From Collinsella sp. (GTDB lineage: Bacteria > Actinomycetota > Coriobacteriia > Coriobacteriales > Coriobacteriaceae): 64,000 nucleotides of DNA. A program made the translations under genes and the position numbers. The stretch lies in assembly GCA_048362915.1 (NCBI GenBank), contig DBFPAR010000021.1, positions 127,484 to 191,483 on the forward strand, given 5' to 3'. Below, one piece after another: positions 19,488 to 28,096 of the stretch (positions are counted from its first letter, which is position 1; every line of letters begins with the position of its first letter). Under the pieces are notes generated by a model. It ran no database searches. It saw nothing but the letters and a program-made list of their open reading frames with translations, and was not told the DNA's origin.

Positions 19488-21929
19488 CTACCCCAGCGAG
19501 CGGTTGAGGGAGCCGAGCTCGTCGTTGCCCATGGTGCGCCACATTTGAAAGATGCAACCGCGTGCCAGGAAAAAGAAGCCGTTGTCGACCAGTTGAACAG
19601 CGGCATCTGCCAGCTGATTCGTCACGGCGGACACTGGCGGCAGCTCGAGTCCAGCCTTGCGAATGGTCTCGACCGCTTCCTCGAACGTCGGAGGCTCGCT
19701 GACGCCCATCTCGTTCATAAGGCCCTGCATTTCTTCCAGCGCGCTGCTGCCCGACTCCTCGCCACGTGGCACCAGACGGTAACAAGCCAGCGCAAGGTCG
19801 AGCTGATCGCAATTCCAATAGGCAAACGCCAGGCGATAGAACAGGTAGCCGATTGCAGAGCGATCGCTGGCAATACGTAGGCCGTGGCGCGCCACCTCGA
19901 TAATCTCGTCAAAGCGCTCCAGACGCGCAAGAACGTTGATGAGCGCAAAGTGCGATTGCATGGACGAGCGCGCCAGATCGTAAAGATGGCGCACCTCGGG
20001 CAGCGCTCGTTCAAAGTCCTCTTGCTCGACGTAAAAGCTGCAGATCTCGTGCTGGGCAAAGTACAGCGCATCGGGCGCACGAAGGATTCGCACAGAGCGG
20101 TCTTCTTCCAACACCGGTAGCACCATGCGCACCAGCTGGTTATCGCAAAACTGCGTTTGAACCGGACCTGTCGCCAAAAGCTCGGCGACGGCGCACTTAG
20201 CCTCCAACTCCTCGACAAGACGGGAAAAGCCTTCAAAAGCACCTGTACGGTCGACTTTTGCCTGCTCGCGCAATTCAACAACACGGGCCACGTATGGGTC
20301 ATCGTCCTCTTCCATGACCTCCAACTCGTCAGCCTTATCGGCGAGCAGCAGATCGCGCAGCGCCGGCGGCAGTGTGCGATGGTCATCACGCGGACGAGCA
20401 TGAACCTCCGCAGGCTCAATCGTCTCCGGAGCGGTTGACTCATACGCCTCAAGCACACGCTTGCACGGCATATCGTCCATGTCCATGCTCTCAAGATCCT
20501 TGGCGACAGGCACGCAATCGGCCAGATAGGCCGCGCGCCCAAAGAAATACGTTGCGACAACGCGCTCGCCCTGCTCACTGTCGGGAGCAGCAATCTGCAC
20601 ATAGCAGCGCGTGATGCAGGTGCCCGCGGCAAAACACGCTGCCGCAAGCGTGAGTGCCACGCGCGCATCGTGCTCCGCGGCCCAGATCGCACGCGTGTCC
20701 TCTTCCAGCTCGCGCCAGGCGTCATCTTGAGCGTCGTATTCACGTTGCGGCATGGCATTCACGACAGAGTGCCCAAACCGAACGAGCATAATCCCCTCGG
20801 CAACGTTTGCCCGATAGGTATAGTCGAGCCGCGTGACCACGTTGAGCGCCTCGACAATACGCGCGAAGCGGGTACGCACATCCCACTCACCGCCCGGCTG
20901 GCAAGCCACCGTACCCGGTTTGCCCCACGGGTTATCGCTCGAGGCCGTATCGAGCAGTCGGGGAACATCGTTGGTCGTCTTGGCGATATGCCACGCATCA
21001 AAGAGCGCGCAGCCCTCAAGGCTCGGCGAGGATGCCACAGGGGCCAATCCGGCCCCGATGCGCTCGAGGATGCCGGAGAGGCGGTTGAGACGGCACTCGA
21101 TGGCAAGCAGCATGTCAATCTCGCCCTGGTCCAGCAGGCTACGATCAAAATTGAGATAGAACAGCTTCGACCGGTCGATGCGCGCTAGGCTCATTTCGGA
21201 CTTGGCGGCAATGGTGCGCAGACGGGGCAAGTCGACCTCGCTCATAAGGGCGGCGGCATAACGCTCGATACCGCTCGGATTCTCGGCATGGTCAACGCGG
21301 TAGAGCAACGTCTCGATAGCGTCAGGTAGCGGTGCCGTGTTAAAGCCCAAAAACACCTCGACCGGCTCGGGCAACTTTACGAGCTTGATCTTGTCGACAA
21401 CGTTTTGCATGTCCGCATCGAGACCGTCGGCGTCCGCCGTGTTCGCAACAGCGCTTTCGGAGTTGGCAAATATCACGTAGCGCAGGAACATCGATGCCAT
21501 GAACTCGCCGTAAGGAAGGGAGCGGGCCGAATTCCATGTATCGTGATCGGACTGCTCGCGCATGGGGCCTTCGGGAGAGCCGACGGTTCGCGCGCACGTA
21601 CGCATTGCACCGCTGGCTTCCCTTACCATAATCTCACCAATACTGGAATCCGACTCGTCAAGGACCAGTTCCATGTCGGGATCGTTGGGCAGCGGAGCCT
21701 CGCTAACGGGGCGGTCCACCTTGTACACCTCACCCGAAACGCTTACGTAGCCCAAAAGCGACACATGACTTTTGCCAACGAATTCGACGACATAACAAGA
21801 TTCATGCTGGTCCTCGCCAAAGAGTTTCCAGACCACGCCATATGAGCGTCCCGCAGGCTGCTCGGGCATCGCCGGAAAGCGCTTCTTGGGATCGAGAAAC
21901 CTGAGCTTGTATGTCGGACGCTCTGCCAC
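19488..21929 (-). CDS. Large hypothetical protein with C-terminal TPR-like repeats
   Basis: 813-aa ORF; helical repeats such as YLFYRLAFAYWNCDQLDLALACY. Confidence 0.75.
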   Translation of the reverse strand: MAERPTYKLRFLDPKKRFPAMPEQPAGRSYGVVWKLFGEDQHESCYVVEFVGKSHVSLLGYVSVSGEVYKVDRPVSEAPLPNDPDMELVLDESDSSIGEIMVREASGAMRTCARTVGSPEGPMREQSDHDTWNSARSLPYGEFMASMFLRYVIFANSESAVANTADADGLDADMQNVVDKIKLVKLPEPVEVFLGFNTAPLPDAIETLLYRVDHAENPSGIERYAAALMSEVDLPRLRTIAAKSEMSLARIDRSKLFYLNFDRSLLDQGEIDMLLAIECRLNRLSGILERIGAGLAPVASSPSLEGCALFDAWHIAKTTNDVPRLLDTASSDNPWGKPGTVACQPGGEWDVRTRFARIVEALNVVTRLDYTYRANVAEGIMLVRFGHSVVNAMPQREYDAQDDAWRELEEDTRAIWAAEHDARVALTLAAACFAAGTCITRCYVQIAAPDSEQGERVVATYFFGRAAYLADCVPVAKDLESMDMDDMPCKRVLEAYESTAPETIEPAEVHARPRDDHRTLPPALRDLLLADKADELEVMEEDDDPYVARVVELREQAKVDRTGAFEGFSRLVEELEAKCAVAELLATGPVQTQFCDNQLVRMVLPVLEEDRSVRILRAPDALYFAQHEICSFYVEQEDFERALPEVRHLYDLARSSMQSHFALINVLARLERFDEIIEVARHGLRIASDRSAIGYLFYRLAFAYWNCDQLDLALACYRLVPRGEESGSSALEEMQGLMNEMGVSEPPTFEEAVETIRKAGLELPPVSAVTNQLADAAVQLVDNGFFFLARGCIFQMWRTMGNDELGSLNRSLG

Positions 21930-22114
21930 GAAGTATCACCCTGATCGGTCGTTGAGAGAAGAAGTGGTCGCGGATGGGCCGCGACACCTACTCGGAATCT
22001 TACACGAGTCGACAGGAAATCGTCCGCTTCACGCCCGCGCCCCGACCGAGGTTCGGACCCATGCGACGTCGTCATAAAAGAAAAGCCTCCGTTTCCGGAG
22101 GCTTCAAGTTCAAT

Positions 22115-22304
22115 TGGCGCGGCGTATAGGATTCCGCGCATCCGCTGCGCGGATCCGCACCGGCTTCGCCCGCCTGCCGGCGTGCTCGCCCGCGGGCTAA
22201 AAACGCTCCGCGTTTTCTTTACGCCCGCGCCTCGACCGAGGTTCGAATCCATGCGGTGTTGCCATAAAAGAAAAGCCCCCGTTGCCGGAGGCTTTAAGTT
22301 CGAT
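22115..22304 (-). repeat. tRNA-linked 190-bp unit (Arg locus, unit 1); truncated end of another unit at about 22028-22114
   Basis: About 20-nt copy of the tRNA-Arg 3' end, shared core, inverted T-arm, terminator. Confidence 0.85.
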
Positions 22305-22381
22305 TGGTGCGGCGTATAGGATTCGAACCTATGACGTTCTGATTCGTAGTCAGACCCTCTATCCAGCTGAGGTAACGCCGC
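22305..22381 (-). tRNA. tRNA-Arg(ACG) copy 1
   Basis: GCGGCGTTACCTCAGCTGGATAGAG...TCTGA-CTACGAA-TCAGA...GGTTCGAATCC...ACCA. Confidence 0.97.
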
Positions 22382-22393
22382 GACTTGTTGATT

Positions 22394-22422
22394 ATTATGC
22401 ACATGGACTGAATAATCGTCAA
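22394..22422 (-). promoter_or_regulatory. Promoter of tRNA-Arg copy 1
   Basis: TTGACG-N17-CATAAT. Confidence 0.7.
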
Positions 22423-22537
22423 GCGTTTTTCAAAAAAAGTTATTGAATTTGATTTTTACTCATTTTAATCACTTGATGCGATCTTCGACGCATCGCGATA
22501 TAAAAAAGCCCCCGTTTCCGGAGGCTTAAAACTCAAT

Positions 22538-22727
22538 TGGTGCGGCGTATAGGATTCCGCGCATCCGCTGCGCGGATCCGCACCGGCTTCGCCCGCCTGT
22601 CGGCGGACTCGCCCGCTCGCTAAAAACGCTCCGCGTTTTCTTGACGCTCGCGCCTCGAACGAGGTTCGAATCTCCGCAATGCCCCCGTAAAGGAAAAGCC
22701 CCCGTTTCCGGAGGCTAAAAACTCAAT
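22538..22727 (-). repeat. tRNA-linked 190-bp unit (Arg locus, unit 2)
   Basis: Same architecture as 22115-22304. Confidence 0.85.
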
Positions 22728-22804
22728 TGGTGCGGCGTATAGGATTCGAACCTATGACGTTCTGATTCGTAGTCAGACCCTCTATCCAGCTGAGGTAACG
22801 CCGC
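22728..22804 (-). tRNA. tRNA-Arg(ACG) copy 2
   Basis: Identical to copy 1. Confidence 0.97.
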
Positions 22805-22816
22805 AACGCACGGATT

Positions 22817-22845
22817 ATTATGCACGTGACCCCTCGATGGGTCAA
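22817..22845 (-). promoter_or_regulatory. Promoter of tRNA-Arg copy 2
   Basis: TTGACC-N17-CATAAT. Confidence 0.7.
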
Positions 22846-22967
22846 GCGACAATTTGGAAAAATTTTACGAAGTGATGATTAAGATGCTCGCACCTCGACC
22901 GAGGTTCGAATCCGTGCGGTGCCGGCGTAAAAGAAAAGCCCCCGTTGCCGGAGGCTTCAAGTTCGAT

Positions 22968-23044
22968 TGGTGCGGCGTATAGGATTCGAACCTATGACGT
23001 TCTGATTCGTAGTCAGACCCTCTATCCAGCTGAGGTAACGCCGC
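22968..23044 (-). tRNA. tRNA-Arg(ACG) copy 3
   Basis: Identical to copy 1; followed by a terminator and a truncated repeat end (22886-22967). Confidence 0.97.
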
Positions 23045-23121
23045 AGCGCAAGACATATAAAACCACTTTAGCTTATTGGAGTCAAGCTCAATCTCAAACT
23101 TTTTTGTGAAACGCAGTTTTG

Positions 23122-23499
23122 TCATGCTGCTCCGCATATACCGCCGTTCCCCGTACGATCGATTGGCTTTTCGATCACGTCAAACTTGGCATCAAGTTCC
23201 CTCAGGAGCGATCTCACCCGCTGGGCACAATCATAATCGGCAAACGAGATGCTCAGCATGCGCGCGACCTGGTTGGAAGTCCCAACTCCATAGAAGTGCT
23301 CCAGCGCCACAAGCCCCACGTGCGTCACAAAGGTCTCGACCACATGCGGCGACTCCTCAAAGCACCATTGTGTCAACGGACCCTCACTCGTCTGCCGAAC
23401 CACCAGGCCGCCCATGCCAGACGGCTCACACGTTACAAGCAGGTACTCCCCGCCCTCGTCGCTCTCAAACAAAACCACCCGATCATCAAACAGCTCCAT
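23122..23499 (-). CDS. Hypothetical protein (125 aa)
   Basis: ORF with RBS AAGGGG; no family recognised. Confidence 0.7.
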   Translation of the reverse strand: MELFDDRVVLFESDEGGEYLLVTCEPSGMGGLVVRQTSEGPLTQWCFEESPHVVETFVTHVGLVALEHFYGVGTSNQVARMLSISFADYDCAQRVRSLLRELDAKFDVIEKPIDRTGNGGICGAA

Positions 23500-23558
23500 C
23501 GCGTCCCCTTTCTCTCGCTCTTATTTAGCAAAAGCATAGCAGGTAGATGGCTGTATAC

Positions 23559-23572
23559 AGAACAGTTGTTCG
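23559..23572. promoter_or_regulatory. LexA (SOS) box
   Basis: Minus strand CGAAC-AACT-GTTCT, matches the Gram-positive GAAC-N4-GTTC consensus; 60 bp upstream of the 125-aa gene. Confidence 0.6.
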
Positions 23573-23672
23573 TGTGTTTTCTATTGAGCTGTCCGCACGG
23601 CATGGTATGGACCTGCGCACGAAATAGGGCGCCCCCGAAGGAGCGCCCTTGCATATCCCCTATGCAGCCAAC

Positions 23673-24956
23673 TTACGCGACCGGCTCGATCTTCTCGAGA
23701 CCACCCATGTAAGGACGCAGGACCTCGGGGATCGTGATGGTGCCGTCGGAGTTCTGGTAGTTCTCCAGAATGGCGGCCATGGTGCGGCCAGCCGGCAGGC
23801 CAGAACCGTTGAGAGTGTGCAGGTAGCGCGAACCCTTGAAGTTCTCGGGGTCGCGATACTTGATGTTGGCGCGGCGAGCCTGGAAGTCACCGCAGTTGGA
23901 GCAGGAGCTGATCTCCTTGTAGGCGTTGTAGCTCGGCAGCCAGACCTCGACGTCGTAGGTCTGACGGGCAGAGAAGCCCAAGTCACCGGTGCACAGGCTA
24001 ATCACGCGATACGGAAGGCCCAGCTGCTGCAGCAGGTACTCGGCCTCGGCGGTCATACTCTCGAGCTCCTCGTCAGACTCCTCCGGCTTAGCGAACTTGA
24101 CCATCTCGACCTTGTCGAACTCGTGCTGACGGATGATGCCGCGGGTGTCGCGACCGGCGGAACCGGCCTCCTCGCGGAAGCAGGGGGTGAAGGCGGTGTA
24201 GCGGCGCGGCAGAGTGTCGGCATCGAGGACCTCGCCGGCGTGCAGGTTGGTAAGCACGACCTCGGCGGTGGGGATCAGGAAGTTGTCGCCCGAGACGTGA
24301 TAGGCGTCATCCTCGAACTTGGGCAGCTGACCCGTGCCGAACATGGTCTGACGCTTGACGACGATGGGCGGCCACCACTCCTTAAAACCACGGCTGGTGT
24401 GCGTATCGAGGAAGAAGTTGATAAGGGCGCGCTCCAGGCGGGCGCCGGCGCCACCGAGAACGGTAAAGCGGCTGCCGGAGAGCTTATTGCCACGCTCGAA
24501 GTCGAGGATGTCCAGATCGGTCCCCAGATCCCAGTGCGGCTTAAAGTCGAAGTCGAACTCGCGCGGGATGCCCCAACGACGGCGCTCAATGTTCTCGTCC
24601 TCGTCCTTGCCGTACGGCGTGGCCTCGCAAGGAATGTTGGGCAAGTGAGCCATGAAGTCGTACTGCTCCTGCTCGAGAGCAGTGCGGCGCTCGGCCAGAC
24701 CGTCAATCTTCTCGTTGACGGCGCGCACGGCCTCCTTGGCGGCCTCGGCCTCGTCCTTCTTGCCCTCCTTCATCAGGGCGCCGATCTTCTTGGACTCGGC
24801 ATTGCGCGTAGCCTGGAGCTCCTCGACCTCGGTGATGACGGCACGGCGCTCGTCGTCGAGCTCAAAGAACTTCTCGCGATCCCAAGACGTCTGGCGGTTA
24901 GCCATGGCGACATCGATGGCATCGGGGTTCTCGCGAACAAACTTGATATCAAGCAT
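23673..24956 (-). CDS. serS: Serine--tRNA ligase
   Basis: [48 protein letters not shown]. Confidence 0.98.
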   Translation of the reverse strand: MLDIKFVRENPDAIDVAMANRQTSWDREKFFELDDERRAVITEVEELQATRNAESKKIGALMKEGKKDEAEAAKEAVRAVNEKIDGLAERRTALEQEQYDFMAHLPNIPCEATPYGKDEDENIERRRWGIPREFDFDFKPHWDLGTDLDILDFERGNKLSGSRFTVLGGAGARLERALINFFLDTHTSRGFKEWWPPIVVKRQTMFGTGQLPKFEDDAYHVSGDNFLIPTAEVVLTNLHAGEVLDADTLPRRYTAFTPCFREEAGSAGRDTRGIIRQHEFDKVEMVKFAKPEESDEELESMTAEAEYLLQQLGLPYRVISLCTGDLGFSARQTYDVEVWLPSYNAYKEISSCSNCGDFQARRANIKYRDPENFKGSRYLHTLNGSGLPAGRTMAAILENYQNSDGTITIPEVLRPYMGGLEKIEPVA

Positions 24957-25067
24957 TAGATCCTCCGGCGATATACATTCCATTTAGGTTGCAACCTTGT
25001 ACATGTATGGGCAAGTATATACTTATGAGCGTTTACGACCCAACTCAACTACGCAAGAAGGCACCCA

Positions 25068-25241
25068 ATGGACGCAGTTTTTTCCTTTTTGTTTGGCACC
25101 CGCACCGGTTTTGCCATCCTTTTCGCCGGCGGCATCCTGTTATTTGCGATTCTTGCCTTTGTAATGGAGAAGCGTACCCATAAGATGTACGTCGACCGCG
25201 GACCCAAGTCCGAGGATGAGGAAGACAGCTTCTGGGACTAA
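25068..25241 (+). CDS. Small membrane protein (57 aa), absent from the ORF track
   Basis: MDAVFSFLFGTRTGFAILFAGGILLFAILAFVMEKRTHKMYVDRGPKSEDEEDSFWD; RBS AAGAAGG; one TM helix and an acidic tail. Confidence 0.75.
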   Translation: MDAVFSFLFGTRTGFAILFAGGILLFAILAFVMEKRTHKMYVDRGPKSEDEEDSFWD

Positions 25242-25400
25242 CCTGCCAAAAAGGGACAGGTTTATTTTGGTCTGTTTTATCTGGGCAAACGCAAGCGCCC
25301 CGCAACTGGAATTGAGCCAGTTGCGGGGCGCTTTTCGCTAAAAGGACAAAACCGCAGAAAATACCTGCCAAAAATAAACCCTTCCTTTTTTTGGTCGGTT
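25241..25400. repeat. REPIN/MITE-like palindromic element with central 17-bp hairpin
   Basis: Two inverted palindromic end units around AAGCGCCCCGCAACTGG/CCAGTTGCGGGGCGCTT. Confidence 0.6.
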
Positions 25401-26171
25401 TTACTGGAGAGTTGCGTCGATTGCCTTGACCAGGGCGCTGCGCATGCCGGCGTCCTCGAGCGCAACGACGCCCTTGATGGTGGCACCACCGGGCGAGCAT
25501 ACGGCATCCTTCATCGCCGCAGGATGCTGGCCAGTTGCAAGCTGCAGCTTTGCCGTACCCAACACCATCTGGCTCACAATGCGATAGGCATCGGCACGCG
25601 GGATACCGTGCTTGACCGCTGCATCGCCCAGAGCCTCGATTGCCATGGCGACAAATGCCGGAGCGCAACCACCCACCGTGCCGCCCACAAACAGCAGGCT
25701 CGTATCGAGTTCGACCACCGCACCGAGCTTGCCAAGCAGATCAAGCACCACTGCGCTCTGCTCATCACTAAGCGTGGAAGCCTTCTCGCAAGCGATGACG
25801 CCCTCGCCCACCGAAACCGGTGTGTTGGGCACCGTCGAGATATGCGCGACGCCCGGCAGGACCTGCTCCCACTTGGCACTGTCCCAGGTCCAGGCAACCG
25901 ACAGAACGACCTTTTTGGCAAGAGCATCCTTGAGCGGGGCGAATACCTTCTCGATCATGTACGGTTTGACCGCAGCGACCACGATATCGGATGCGGCGAC
26001 AACCTCGGCGGCATCGTGGCAGGCGACCATGCCGCGCGCCTCGCAGCGCTCAACCAGTGCGTCGTAGCGACCCGCGCAGGCGCACATGTCGCTCGCAGCT
26101 ACACCGGCAGCGATCCAGCCATCGGCCATAGCGCTCGCCATATTGCCAAAACCGACAAATCCAATCTTCAT
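25401..26171 (-). CDS. proC: Pyrroline-5-carboxylate reductase
   Basis: IGFVGFGNMA, AVKP, PNTP, VCSPGGATIKG. Confidence 0.96.
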   Translation of the reverse strand: MKIGFVGFGNMASAMADGWIAAGVAASDMCACAGRYDALVERCEARGMVACHDAAEVVAASDIVVAAVKPYMIEKVFAPLKDALAKKVVLSVAWTWDSAKWEQVLPGVAHISTVPNTPVSVGEGVIACEKASTLSDEQSAVVLDLLGKLGAVVELDTSLLFVGGTVGGCAPAFVAMAIEALGDAAVKHGIPRADAYRIVSQMVLGTAKLQLATGQHPAAMKDAVCSPGGATIKGVVALEDAGMRSALVKAIDATLQ

Positions 26172-26244
26172 ATCGCATAGTCCTTTCAGACACATTCCTC
26201 AAAACGAAAGGTATTGTCCCACGCCATTGTTTCGTATTGCCGAC

Positions 26245-26715
26245 CTATTTGTGATACGGCTCGCCACGACTGATCTTGCAGGCACGGTAAATCTGCTCTA
26301 GCAGCACCACACGCGCCAGGTTATGCGGCAAGGTAATGCGTCCAAAGCTGAGCATCTCGTCGGCGCGGGCGCGCACCTCATCACTCACGCCGTCCGAACC
26401 GCCGATTACAAAGGCAATGTCGCTGCTGCCTCGCAGCATAAGATCGTCGAGCCGCGCCGAGAGCTCCTCACTCGAACGCTCCTTACCCTCGATAGCTAGC
26501 AGGATCACATGCGCCCGAGACGGCAATGCAGCAAGAATTGCCGCCCCCTCCTTGTCGCGTGCAGCATCCACGCCGCCCGCCTTAGCCGGGTCGATATCGG
26601 CCACCTCGCGGATATCAACCTTGGCATAGGCACCTAGGCGCTTGGTGTACTCAGCGCACGCGTCCTTCCAAAAGCGCTCCTTGAGCTTACCGACGCAAAC
26701 GACGGTGTATTTCAC
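26245..26715 (-). CDS. rlmH: 23S rRNA pseudouridine-1915 N3-methyltransferase
   Basis: VGKLKE, FVIGGSDG, LPHNLARVVLLEQIYRA, GEPYHK. Confidence 0.97.
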   Translation of the reverse strand: MKYTVVCVGKLKERFWKDACAEYTKRLGAYAKVDIREVADIDPAKAGGVDAARDKEGAAILAALPSRAHVILLAIEGKERSSEELSARLDDLMLRGSSDIAFVIGGSDGVSDEVRARADEMLSFGRITLPHNLARVVLLEQIYRACKISRGEPYHK

Positions 26716-26721
26716 GCGCGT

Positions 26722-27660
26722 CTACTCCTTCGAATCGTTTTGAACTTTGCTGGCTGTCAGCATCTGCTCGAACATCGAGGCCGACTGCGAGAAATCGCTC
26801 GGCAGCACGACCGTCGAGGTTTTACCCGTACGAGCGAACTCCGTCATCATCTCGGACCACTGCGTAAACATGAACAGCTGGTTGGCCTCGTCGTTACCGA
26901 CTCCCGTCTCCTGGATGATCTCGAGCGAATCCTTGATGCCCAGCGCGATGGCCTTGCGCTGGTTGGCGATGCCCTCGCCCGCCTTTTCCATCGCCTCAGC
27001 CTCGGCGGTCGCCTCGGTGACGCGCTTGATGCGGTCGGCCTCGGCGAGCTCCTGCGCGGCAGCGCGCTTTCGCTGGGCGGCATTGATGTCGTTCATGGAG
27101 TTCTCGACCTCGGTCGGCAGCGCGATTTTGGTGATGAGCGTCGACACGAGGGTGAAGCCGTAGGCGGCCATCTGCTCGGAAACGGTAGCGTTGACATCCT
27201 TGGCGATGTCATCCTTCTTGGCAAAGACCTCGTCGAGTGTGTAGACGGGAATCGAAGAGCGCAGGGCGTCGGTGATGAAGTCACGCATCTGGTCGACGGG
27301 CTCCTGCAGCATGTAGTAGCTCTTGTAGATACCCGAATCTGCCGGGCCGGCGCCCATGTCATAGCTCACGTGGTACTGAGCAGAGACCTCAAGGCCGATG
27401 GTCACGTTGTCCTGGGTCTTAACGTCGATGCCAAAACCGTTTTTCATGGTGCGCAGACTCACCGTGGCGGCTTTGCGGTCAATCACGGGCACCTTCATGT
27501 GGAAGCCCGCGTTGACGATGCGGTTAAACTTGCCCAGACGCTCGATGATCACGGCATGCTGCTGTTCAACGACATAGCAGGCGTTGGGAAGCAGCAGCAA
27601 CAGAATGATGATGGGAATCAAAAGGCTGGTAAGGGCAGCGATGATACCGGACAACAGCAT
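26722..27660 (-). CDS. SPFH/Band7 domain protein
   Basis: N-terminal TM, IERLGKF, KTQDNV, AEAEA coiled coil, GEGIANQRKAI. Confidence 0.92.
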   Translation of the reverse strand: MLLSGIIAALTSLLIPIIILLLLLPNACYVVEQQHAVIIERLGKFNRIVNAGFHMKVPVIDRKAATVSLRTMKNGFGIDVKTQDNVTIGLEVSAQYHVSYDMGAGPADSGIYKSYYMLQEPVDQMRDFITDALRSSIPVYTLDEVFAKKDDIAKDVNATVSEQMAAYGFTLVSTLITKIALPTEVENSMNDINAAQRKRAAAQELAEADRIKRVTEATAEAEAMEKAGEGIANQRKAIALGIKDSLEIIQETGVGNDEANQLFMFTQWSEMMTEFARTGKTSTVVLPSDFSQSASMFEQMLTASKVQNDSKE

Positions 27661-27777
27661 GGTCTCTCCTCTGATAGGCACACGTTGGCATTAGGATACC
27701 CGCACGAAGCAGCTGTGTGACACCAACAGGAGGCCCATAACAAAAAAGCCCCCATTACTGGGAGCTCTTTCATTTAG

Positions 27778-27966
27778 TGGTGCGGGCGAAAGGACGTCCG
27801 CGTATCTGCTTCGCGGATCCGCGCCGGCTTCGGCCGCCTGCCGGCGTCCTCGCCAGCTCGCTAAAAACGCTCCGCGTTTTCTTTACGCTCGCTCCTTCAC
27901 AGGTTCAAGTCCCTGTGATGGGCCCATAACAAAAAAGCTCCCATTGCTGGGAGCTCTTTCATTTAA
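27778..27966 (-). repeat. tRNA-linked 189-bp unit (Leu locus)
   Basis: 18-nt copy of the tRNA-Leu 3' end plus duplicated trailer (27733-27777); same core as the Arg units; inverted GGTTCAAGTCC. Confidence 0.85.
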
Positions 27967-28053
27967 TGGTGCGGGCGAAAGGACTTGAACCTTCATGGGG
28001 TTGCCCCCATACGGACCTGAACCGTACGCGTCTGCCAATTCCGCCACGCCCGC
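27967..28053 (-). tRNA. tRNA-Leu(CAG)
   Basis: GCGGGCGTGGCGGAATTGGCAGACGCG-TACGG-TTCAGGT-CCGTA...GGTTCAAGTCC...ACCA; promoter TTGCGT-N17-TATTCT at 28065-28093. Confidence 0.97.
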
Positions 28054-28096
28054 GTGCAGGAATTAGAATAACGGAGCGCTACCGCGAACGCAAGAA

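Noticed and set aside
22115..22134. Additional tRNA genes at the partial copies (also 19115, 22538, 27778)
   Set aside because: Only the last 18-20 nt are present; no D-arm or anticodon arm
21743..23137. ORFs at 21743-22402, 22865-23137 and 18723-19606 with repeated peptides
   Set aside because: Translations of tRNA genes and repeat units
26200..26260. SCC-like element at the rlmH 3' end
   Set aside because: rlmH is followed directly by proC; no att duplication or recombinase
19115..27966. Prophage/ICE attL-attR pairs at the tRNA 3' duplications
   Set aside because: Duplications are only about 190 bp apart and enclose no integrase or cargo
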